From Promethearchaeota archaeon (GTDB lineage Archaea; Asgardarchaeota; Heimdallarchaeia; Hodarchaeales; Hodarchaeaceae), in assembly GCA_048938105.1 (NCBI GenBank), contig JBHLMN010000019.1, forward strand, positions 70,021 through 134,020: a stretch of 64,000 nt of DNA, in the 5' to 3' direction. Positions 56,302-64,000 of the stretch are shown here, in pieces; position 1 is the first letter of the stretch; every line of letters begins with the position of its first letter. The notes under the pieces are model-generated. The model ran no database searches. It saw only the letters and a program-made list of their open reading frames with translations, and was not told where the DNA came from. Position numbers and translations under genes: made by a program.

Positions 56302-57600
56302 TTAATCCACCTCATCATCAGAAGTTGTTGAATCATAAACCATTGTGTCTTTAACCGCTGCGATGTCGATTGTAGGTGTCACAATCTCTTCTTCTGGAAT
56401 TTTCACTTCTTTAATTTCTTCCTCCTCCTTTTTTTTCTTTCTTTTCTTTTTCTTAGTTTTTTTAGGTACTAAGGGTAGCTCGGTGACAACTCTATTTGTA
56501 AGTTTCATGAAGTAATTGGAATAGAAATAAATGACCACACGATCTCCGAGTTTCATTTCCTCTGCTGGAGATAGAATTTCTTTTCCTCGTCGAATGAGTA
56601 GAACTTTCTGTTTAACAAGGTCGGAACTCATGGCTACTCCTGTAGAACCAATATAGGTTCGTGGAACGTCTATTTCAACTGTTGGAGGATAATCAAAATC
56701 CATACTTAGTGAGTGAACTAATCCTTGAACAGTAGCATCTAGGTCCTCGATGATTATCAGGTTTTCATCTTGAACAAGGTCGCTGAAAACGAAAGCGGGG
56801 GCATACTGTGAAAGAAGAACTATTTCGACGTCAGGCCGAACGCGTCTGATGTTTGTTAAAATATTTTGGTTTAACTCAATGCTTTCGGTAAGAATCATAA
56901 TGCGACTGGCATTTTTAAAGCCAATAATATCGTAAAGATTTGGTTTTTCGAATTCCAATTGATTCTCAACTACATATTTGTCAATTCCTATTAAACTACG
57001 TATCCAGAGGAGATCAACATCAGCTATTAATGATACTCTCTCCTCATAACCATATTGATAGATCATTTCAAACAAAAATTGTTCAGCTGGTCTTGAGGTA
57101 CCAAAAACATAGGTTACATCCTTCCTTGTATTGACTTTGTCTCGATACTTTGCTATCGGTGATTTAATCATTGCTCGAACGATTATAGTTACAGTACCGA
57201 TGATACCAGCGCCATAACGAATTGTTGTTTCATTAAAGATTGATGTCATTAGATTTATATGTACTCCAGGAGTTTCTGGATCAGAGCTTCCCAACCAACC
57301 GGCCCAGTATGATCCTCCCCAAGCATTCCAGGGATCACCAGGGATAACCCCAAGAGCTAGAGGTACCCCCCAAATCACAAGAATGAGGAGAAATGCGATG
57401 ATAATACCGATCCAAAAGAAAAGAAGGAATAAATCTTGAAGAGGGATATAATATTTAATTTCTCGCCAGACTACTCGAAGGACAAGCTTTGCATTAGCTC
57501 TAGCTGCCGTCAAATTAAACTTCAATTGACGCATATTATCTCTGAAGGTTCTTTTTTGACCTTTTTTCTTCTCTTTTTCTGATTTAGAGGATTTATTCAA
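56302..57600 (-). CDS. Membrane protein with two TM segments and RCK (TrkA-N/C-like) domains
   Basis: Two hydrophobic segments flanking a Trp/Gly-rich loop, then YVFGTS Rossmann-like domain and TrkA-C-like LLIRRGKEILSP...GDRVVI. Confidence 0.6.
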   Translation of the reverse strand: MNKSSKSEKEKKKGQKRTFRDNMRQLKFNLTAARANAKLVLRVVWREIKYYIPLQDLFLLFFWIGIIIAFLLILVIWGVPLALGVIPGDPWNAWGGSYWAGWLGSSDPETPGVHINLMTSIFNETTIRYGAGIIGTVTIIVRAMIKSPIAKYRDKVNTRKDVTYVFGTSRPAEQFLFEMIYQYGYEERVSLIADVDLLWIRSLIGIDKYVVENQLEFEKPNLYDIIGFKNASRIMILTESIELNQNILTNIRRVRPDVEIVLLSQYAPAFVFSDLVQDENLIIIEDLDATVQGLVHSLSMDFDYPPTVEIDVPRTYIGSTGVAMSSDLVKQKVLLIRRGKEILSPAEEMKLGDRVVIYFYSNYFMKLTNRVVTELPLVPKKTKKKKRKKKKEEEEIKEVKIPEEEIVTPTIDIAAVKDTMVYDSTTSDDEVD

Positions 57601-57793
57601 CCAATGTCACCAAATTATCACTTGTTCTTCGCTGAAGGATGTCTTGGGCGTATATAGTCAATCTTGAACATCAATCTTTTCACGATAATCTGAAGTAATT
57701 TCACAATTAAACCTGTTTAAAAATTGTTGGTATTAAAACTAGAACCTGTTTTGAAACGGTACTTATTAGAAAAGATAATGGATCTACTTGATT

Positions 57794-57973
57794 TCAGTCA
57801 ACTTCCGCTAAAGAAGCTGGGGGACTACCTGCTTTCCAGTCTAGTTCTCGTTTTAGTAAGTCTCGAATAGCCATCCTGATGGCTTCAGAACGCGAGCTAT
57901 ATACCCCTGCTCGAACTAACTCGTCTAGCCCTTCCAAATATGTGTTGGGTGCCTTAAATGAAATTAGCTTCAT
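57794..57973 (-). CDS. Ribbon-helix-helix transcriptional regulator (CopG/CdrS-like), 59 aa, not in ORF track
   Basis: Translates as MKLISFKAPNTYLEGLDELVRAGVYSSRSEAIRMAIRDLLKRELDWKAGSPPASLAEVD, with the RSEAIR.A.RDLL RHH signature. Confidence 0.88.
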   Translation of the reverse strand: MKLISFKAPNTYLEGLDELVRAGVYSSRSEAIRMAIRDLLKRELDWKAGSPPASLAEVD

Positions 57974-58143
57974 TTCAACTACGCTCTTAAATCAAATAAC
58001 TACTTGATGCAAGCATATTTCTATGTGTAGTTCAAGTTTAACTATAAACCTATATTGAGTTTAAATTCCTTTGGCCTTTATAAGGAAACTACAAACTGCC
58101 AAAAAGGCTTGAATTGTTGCTTCTTTCCGTAAGAGTCGGTAAA

Positions 58144-58163
58144 ATAATAGTCAAGACTATTAT
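58144..58163. promoter_or_regulatory. Perfect palindrome ATAATAGTC-aa-GACTATTAT, candidate operator
   Basis: 9-bp arms with a 2-nt spacer, lying between the divergent RHH and coiled-coil genes. Confidence 0.45.
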
Positions 58164-58292
58164 AATTAGAACATAGATGACGGTAAGATAGTTATCATAA
58201 TTTTTTTGTTAGTTGATAGAAAAAATAATGGATATGAAAAAGGCAAATGCTTTAAATGGATTGATAGCTCTTCATAGACAAGGTGTTTGCTT

Positions 58293-58694
58293 ATGACAAA
58301 TTCTTTCAATGAAGTTGCTGAACAAATAACAGAAATTCAAGAGAATCTCATGCAAGCCGTAAATATAGCAAAAGAGGTTCCAGTAAAAATTAGTCGGTTA
58401 ATTAATGAGAAAAATGCTTTAAAAGAGAAAACAGAAGAGATAAGTAGGATTAATACTGATCTTAAAAATAATGTCGCCACGCTGGAACATAAACTTGCTG
58501 AACAAAGGACTGATTTTGAGAAAAAGTTAGAATCAAGCGAAAATAAAATTATCTACTTACAACGTGAGCTCGATCTTGTTAAAGACGATATCAATAAGCT
58601 TAAAGATCAATTGGAAGCAAAAGAAGAACGAATCAAAGTACTTGAGTCGCAAAAGAAAGAGTTAACGGATTCGTTGAGACAACAATCGAGTTAA
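58293..58694 (+). CDS. Short all-coiled-coil protein
   Basis: Continuous E/K/L/Q heptad pattern; AGGTG SD upstream. Confidence 0.7.
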   Translation: MTNSFNEVAEQITEIQENLMQAVNIAKEVPVKISRLINEKNALKEKTEEISRINTDLKNNVATLEHKLAEQRTDFEKKLESSENKIIYLQRELDLVKDDINKLKDQLEAKEERIKVLESQKKELTDSLRQQSS

Positions 58695-58727
58695 ATCCAC
58701 AAAAACTGGAAAAGGGAGCATAATAAT

Positions 58728-59465
58728 GTGAAAGTAGCTTTCATTTCGGACATACATGGAAATTTAGAAGCTCTTTCAGAAGTTTTTCAAGATATAGACA
58801 AGCGAGGGGATATTGAATTGATCTGCTGTTCAGGAGATGTTGTTGGCTACTATCCTCATCCTTTAGAATGCATCGACCTTGTTAAAAAACGATGTAATCA
58901 TATTATTAAAGGAAATCATGATGAAGTTGTCACTAGCAATGAATTTGAAAAACAAAAAACGTGGTTTAATGCAATAGCAGCGGGAGCCTTAACTTGGACA
59001 AGAAAAAAGCTTTTAGACTCTGGTTCTGCTGTTCATTTTCATTTTCTTGAGACTTTACCTACTAGTAAAGAGATTTTAGTCGAAGAAAGAAAAGTTCTAA
59101 TCGCTCATGGAACACCTGAAGAAAAATGGGAGTATTTTCTCTATCCTTTTTGGCTTGGAGAGCCTCTTCCTGAACAAAAAGTAAGGTTAAATAGATGGTT
59201 AAAAAAATGGGAACTTGTTATAATAGGTCACACTCATCAACCCTTCATCTATAGATTTCGTAAAAAGATTGTTTTAAATCCTGGAAGCGTTGGCCAACCC
59301 CGAGACGGTAATCCAAAGGCAAGTTATGCAATAGTAGATATTAATAAATTAAAATTCCATGCAGAAATCATTCGCCTCGATTACAACATCAATAAAACAT
59401 GTGAGGCTCTCATCAAAGCAAATTTGCATGAATACCTTTGTTTAAGATTATTGACCGGAAATTAA
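58728..59465 (+). CDS. Calcineurin-like metallophosphoesterase
   Basis: SDIHGN, GDVVGY, GNHD, AHG, GHTH, NPGSVGQPRDG. Confidence 0.92.
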   Translation: MKVAFISDIHGNLEALSEVFQDIDKRGDIELICCSGDVVGYYPHPLECIDLVKKRCNHIIKGNHDEVVTSNEFEKQKTWFNAIAAGALTWTRKKLLDSGSAVHFHFLETLPTSKEILVEERKVLIAHGTPEEKWEYFLYPFWLGEPLPEQKVRLNRWLKKWELVIIGHTHQPFIYRFRKKIVLNPGSVGQPRDGNPKASYAIVDINKLKFHAEIIRLDYNINKTCEALIKANLHEYLCLRLLTGN

Positions 59466-59666
59466 GTGATGATTAGATATCTTTAGGCTTTATATTTTGA
59501 TTTTTACGTTGATTATGGAATTAGAGATGATTATTTCTTTAGAAAAAACTTAAAAGTCATTTTGTTGAAATTTTTACATAATAAAGTTGAATTTCATTGC
59601 TTTACATTCAACCTATAATGAATTTTTACTAAATTTTTCTCAAATAGGATCTTTTGGTGTTAAATT

Positions 59667-61628
59667 TTGTCTGGAGAATATGATGCAAGCAGTATACAGG
59701 TCCTAGAAGGGCTTGAAGCGGTTCGTCGTCGTCCTGCGATGTACATTGGTAGTATTGATGAGAATGGGTTACATCATTTGGTATGGGAAATTGTGGACAA
59801 CTCAATCGATGAGGCAATGGCTGGTGTATGTGATAAGATAAATGTAATACTAGGACAGACGGAACATGGATTTGAGTCAATCACTATTCAAGATAATGGC
59901 CGTGGGATCCCAACAGAGCCTCATCCTCATTATAATATGTCCTCCTTAGAGCTTGTGACAACTCGATTGCATTCTGGGGGAAAATTCGACCATTCTTCTT
60001 ATAAAGTAAGTGGTGGTTTACACGGTGTCGGAATTGCTGTAGTAAATGCTATATCTAGCTGGATGCAAGTAAAAGTCAGGAGGAATGGAGGACCGGTTTT
60101 AATGCAAGAATATGTTAGAGGAGAAACTATTTCTCACGGATTGATTGAAGTAGAAGAAGTATGGGAGGATAAGAGCGGAACTCATACAACCTTTATCCCA
60201 GACCCAGAGATTTTCGAAACCGTTCATTTCAACCTTGTTACAATTAAAAATCGTTTACGTGAGCTCGCCTTTTTAAATAAGGGTTTGACAATTAACTTAA
60301 TCGATAATCGTAAGCTAAGAGAAGATCTCGAACTTGAAGAAGAGAAAAAAAATGTTTGGATTTTTCATTATGAGGGTGGAATTGAAGCATATGTGCAACA
60401 GTTGGCATCAAATCGCATACATGAAGACATTCCCTATTTTGATGAAACAATTGAAACTACCCAAGTTGAAGTAGCTTTAGCATATGATAGGTCAGAACGT
60501 GACTTAATTTATACATTTACTAATAATATCAATACTCGTCATGGAGGAACCCATCTTTCAGGATTTAAATCAGGTTTAACTAGAGCAATTAATGCTTATG
60601 TTCAAAAAAACGATCAATTAGTCAGGAATACTCATTTAAAGAAGGGATTAAAAGAGAAGCGTTCAATTTTCAGCGGGAATGATGTTCGAGAGGGTTTAAT
60701 TGCAGTTGTTTCCGTAAAAGTCATGAATCCACAGTTTGAAGGCCAAACAAAAAGCAAATTAGGCAATAGCGAAGTAAAAGGAATAGTTGAACGTTGTTGT
60801 TATGAAAACATTCTAAAATTCCTTGAAGAACATCCTGAAAGTGCTAAAGAAATAATAGAAAAATGTGAACAAGCAGCCACAATTCGAATGAAATTTAGGC
60901 AAATCCGAGAAGCTGTAAAAAAGACACAAGCTAAAGGAACAGGGAAACTCATCGATTGTACTGAAACAGATCCCTCTAAACGTGAACTGTTCCTAGTGGA
61001 GGGGAATTCTGCGGGAGGTACAGCTATAGAAGGACGATTTAGTGAGTTTCAATCAATTCTTCCTTTACGAGGGAAAGTAATAAATGTAGAGAAAGCGAGA
61101 TTAGAGAAAGCTATGCGTAATAAAGAGATTCTCGAGATAATAAGGGCAATTGGCGCTGGATATAAGGAAAATTTCCAGATCGAAAAGGTTCGTTACCATA
61201 AAGTTATTTTATTAATGGATGCAGATATTGATGGTCATCATATTGTCTGTTTACTCCTCACATTCTTTTTTCGTTATATGCCTGAATTAATTGATGAAGG
61301 TTATCTTTATATAGCCCAACCTCCATTATATCGCATTAAAAAAGGAAACAAGGAAAAATATGTTCTTTCCGACCAAGAACGAGACGAATTAGTAGAGGAA
61401 TGGGGAAGAAATGTTGAAATTAGTCGTTTTAAAGGTTTAGGAGAAATGAATCCAATTCAACTGCAAGATACTGTAATGGATCCTTCTCAACGAACCTTAT
61501 TACAGGTCACTCGGAATAATATCATTGAAGCTGAACGTATTTTCAACACATTGATGGGTGATGAAGTGGCACCTCGTCGTGAATTTATTGAAACCCATGC
61601 TCTAGAAGCTGAAAACTTAGATATTTAA
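59667..61628 (+). CDS. gyrB: DNA gyrase subunit B
   Basis: LEAVRRRPAMYIG, EIVDNSIDE, DNGRGIP, SGGLHGVG, PQFEGQTK, TOPRIM EGNSAGG/PLRGK/DADIDG, RFKGLGEM. Confidence 0.96.
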   Translation: MSGEYDASSIQVLEGLEAVRRRPAMYIGSIDENGLHHLVWEIVDNSIDEAMAGVCDKINVILGQTEHGFESITIQDNGRGIPTEPHPHYNMSSLELVTTRLHSGGKFDHSSYKVSGGLHGVGIAVVNAISSWMQVKVRRNGGPVLMQEYVRGETISHGLIEVEEVWEDKSGTHTTFIPDPEIFETVHFNLVTIKNRLRELAFLNKGLTINLIDNRKLREDLELEEEKKNVWIFHYEGGIEAYVQQLASNRIHEDIPYFDETIETTQVEVALAYDRSERDLIYTFTNNINTRHGGTHLSGFKSGLTRAINAYVQKNDQLVRNTHLKKGLKEKRSIFSGNDVREGLIAVVSVKVMNPQFEGQTKSKLGNSEVKGIVERCCYENILKFLEEHPESAKEIIEKCEQAATIRMKFRQIREAVKKTQAKGTGKLIDCTETDPSKRELFLVEGNSAGGTAIEGRFSEFQSILPLRGKVINVEKARLEKAMRNKEILEIIRAIGAGYKENFQIEKVRYHKVILLMDADIDGHHIVCLLLTFFFRYMPELIDEGYLYIAQPPLYRIKKGNKEKYVLSDQERDELVEEWGRNVEISRFKGLGEMNPIQLQDTVMDPSQRTLLQVTRNNIIEAERIFNTLMGDEVAPRREFIETHALEAENLDI

Positions 61629-61648
61629 CCAAGGAATGTTGGATAACA

Positions 61649-64000
61649 ATGAGTAGTAACATAAAGTCAACCCCCATTGAAAGAACAATGTCAAAAAGTT
61701 ACCTAGAGTATTCTATGTCAGTTATTACTAGCAGAGCCTTACCACATGTTCGAGACGGGCTTAAACCTGTCCATCGGCGCATTTTATGGGCTATGCATAA
61801 TTTAGGTTTAACACATAATAAGCCTCCCCGAAAATGTGCGAGAACAATTGGTGAAACTCACGCTAAGTACCATCCTCATGGAGAAACAGCTGTATACGAT
61901 GCTTTAGTAAGAATGGCTCAACCATTTACTTTACGATACCCCTTAATACAGGGACAGGGGAATTTTGGGAGTATGGATGGTCAATTAGCAGCAGCTCAAC
62001 GTTATACAGAGGCTCGTATGCGGAGAATTTCTGAAGAGCTCCTCAAAGACATCGAAAAAGATACTGTTGATTTTATGGATAACTTTGATGGATTGGACAA
62101 AGAACCAGTTATCCTTCCTGCTAGAATTCCTAATCTTCTGATTAATGGCGTAATGGGCATTGCTGTCGGGATGGCAACATCTATGCCTCCCCATAATCTC
62201 ACTGAAGTTATTGATGGTGTTATTGCCACTATCCAAAATCCTGAGATCACCATAAAAGATTTAATGAGATATATTCCTGGACCTGATTTTCCAACGGGGG
62301 GGGTTATTTTTGGAACTTCTGGAATAAGACGAGCATATCATACCGGTAGTGGGAATGTAATTTTACGTGCAAAGTATGAAGTTGTCAAAAAGAAAAATAA
62401 AACCCAAATAATTGTAACAGAAGTTCCTTATCTTGTTAAACGTCAAGATACGGTTGAACATCGAGGTTTAGTAGACATTATTGGACGGATGAAAGATTCA
62501 GGTAAGCTTCCTGAAATTGGAAGTGTTAAAAATGAATCAAACCTTATTCATGGAACCCGAATTGTAATTAATCTCAAAAAAGCAGCCAACCTTGATATAG
62601 TATTGAATCGATTGTTCAAATATACTCCTATGCAAATTTCTTACTCCATTAAAAATATGGTGCTTGTTGATGCTCGCGTGGGTGATGAAACTCGTTTCAG
62701 ACCTAAGAGATTGAATTTAAAAGAATTAATTACTCAATTCATTGATCATAGACATGAGATTGTCGTTCGTCGAACTAAATTCGAACTCAAAAAAGCTCAA
62801 GAACGCGCTCATATTCTCGAGGGGCGAAAAATCGTTGTAGAAAATCTTGATGAAATTTTAGCGATGATTCGAGGTTCTGAGACTGGAGCTGAAGCTCAAA
62901 TATCATTAATGGATAAATTTCAGCTCTCAGAAATTCAAGCTAAAGATATTCTTTCACTTCCTTTACGTAGCTTGACCCGTTTCGATAGAGAAAAAATCAT
63001 TAAAGAACATGAAGAAATTTTAAAAGCTATTCAGAATTATAAAGAGATCTTAAAGAGCAAAGATCGCATTTTCAATATAATTACCGAGGAACTAGAAGAA
63101 ATCAAAAAGAAATACGGTGATGAACGTAGAACAGAGATCTTGAGAGATGATTCTGAAGGATTTCAAGACTGGAACGGGAAAACAGAGGAAGATTTTATTC
63201 CAAAGGAAGATATTGTCGTAACTCTTACTCAAGACGGGTATATAAAATCAATTTCTGCCGAGGCTTATACAGCTCAACATCGAGGAGGGAAAGGGATCAA
63301 ATCAATGGAAATTAGTAAAGACGATTTTCTTAAAGAAATGATTATCGCGTCAACTCATGATAGTATTCTCTTCTTCTCAGTCAAAGGAAGAGTCTTCACA
63401 GTTCGTGGTCATCAAATTCCACTATCAAAACAACGAGTCACAAAAGGAATCAATATTGTGAATCTAATAAAAATCGAAAAAGATGATGAACTTGAAACAA
63501 TGATCCCAGTTTCGGAATTTGATGAAAATCATTTTTTGGTTTTAGCAACTAAAAATGGACTTGTTAAAAAAACTCCTCTTGGTGATTATGCAAATATACG
63601 TACCACGGGTATTATTGCGATTCAGCTTAGAGATCAGGATTCAATCGTTGGTGTTAAAGTCACCGATGGAACCAAAGATATTATATTGGCTACTCAGAAG
63701 GGAAAAGCAATACGCTTCTCTGAAGAAGAAGTACGAGCAGTAGGCCGAAGTAGTATTGGAGTATTGGGAATACAACTAAGACCAAATGACTTTGTAGTGG
63801 ATATGGCTATTGTTGATGAGAAAAAAACATTATTAACCGTTTGCGAAAATGGTTATGGTAAGCGAACCAATTTCAACAGGTACCGGGTCACTAGACGAAA
63901 TGGAAAAGGTGTAATAAATATAAAAACAAAAAGGAGAAATGGTGACGTTATTGCCGTAAAAAGTGTTGCAAGCACAGATTATTTAATGCTAGTTGCGAGT
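61649..64000 (+). CDS. gyrA: DNA gyrase subunit A (3' end beyond window)
   Basis: SYLEYSMSVI.SRALP..RDGLKPVHRR, YHPHG, GNFGS.DG, catalytic RYTEAR, GIAVGMAT, GPDFPTGG, GyrA-box QHRGGKG (~63275) and beta-pinwheel repeats; open to the window end. Confidence 0.96.
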   Translation, partial: MSSNIKSTPIERTMSKSYLEYSMSVITSRALPHVRDGLKPVHRRILWAMHNLGLTHNKPPRKCARTIGETHAKYHPHGETAVYDALVRMAQPFTLRYPLIQGQGNFGSMDGQLAAAQRYTEARMRRISEELLKDIEKDTVDFMDNFDGLDKEPVILPARIPNLLINGVMGIAVGMATSMPPHNLTEVIDGVIATIQNPEITIKDLMRYIPGPDFPTGGVIFGTSGIRRAYHTGSGNVILRAKYEVVKKKNKTQIIVTEVPYLVKRQDTVEHRGLVDIIGRMKDSGKLPEIGSVKNESNLIHGTRIVINLKKAANLDIVLNRLFKYTPMQISYSIKNMVLVDARVGDETRFRPKRLNLKELITQFIDHRHEIVVRRTKFELKKAQERAHILEGRKIVVENLDEILAMIRGSETGAEAQISLMDKFQLSEIQAKDILSLPLRSLTRFDREKIIKEHEEILKAIQNYKEILKSKDRIFNIITEELEEIKKKYGDERRTEILRDDSEGFQDWNGKTEEDFIPKEDIVVTLTQDGYIKSISAEAYTAQHRGGKGIKSMEISKDDFLKEMIIASTHDSILFFSVKGRVFTVRGHQIPLSKQRVTKGINIVNLIKIEKDDELETMIPVSEFDENHFLVLATKNGLVKKTPLGDYANIRTTGIIAIQLRDQDSIVGVKVTDGTKDIILATQKGKAIRFSEEEVRAVGRSSIGVLGIQLRPNDFVVDMAIVDEKKTLLTVCENGYGKRTNFNRYRVTRRNGKGVINIKTKRRNGDVIAVKSVASTDYLMLVAS

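Noticed and set aside
56400-56470. T-rich run resembling a simple repeat or terminator
   Set aside because: It encodes the Lys/Glu-rich low-complexity tail (KKTKKKKRKKKKEEEE) of the 2TM-RCK protein.

Overview
Low-GC, gene-dense archaeal chromosomal segment with about 48 CDS. No rRNA, tRNA, CRISPR array or intact mobile element was recognised. Gene content (Rab-like small GTPase, longin-like domain, RING and C2H2 zinc fingers, AlaX-M, DUF504, an archaeal Sph/coalescin-type SMC-related protein, and GyrB/GyrA) suggests an Asgard archaeon, probably Heimdallarchaeia-like; this is inference. Left to right: (1) four architecturally different DNA amino-methyltransferases with no recognisable restriction enzyme, one translationally coupled to an RNase J-like beta-CASP nuclease; (2) a 4446-aa membrane-anchored surface protein built from four ~787-aa super-repeats, each carrying two copies of an unrecognised alpha/beta domain plus a CUB-like domain, apparently nested inside a split Ig-like domain; (3) a Dna2-type nuclease-helicase with a C-terminal RING; (4) housekeeping, transport and redox genes, including a duplicated ABC permease; (5) a three-gene Sph/ClsN-like SMC operon with an unannotated 57-aa gene; (6) a Zn-finger protein, Rab-like GTPase and longin-like protein neighbourhood; (7) a 2TM-RCK protein without a K+ filter plus a separately encoded soluble RCK paralog; (8) an unannotated CdrS-like RHH regulator with a nearby 20-bp palindrome; (9) gyrB and gyrA, the latter truncated by the window end. 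All family calls come from motif recognition by eye, not database searches.
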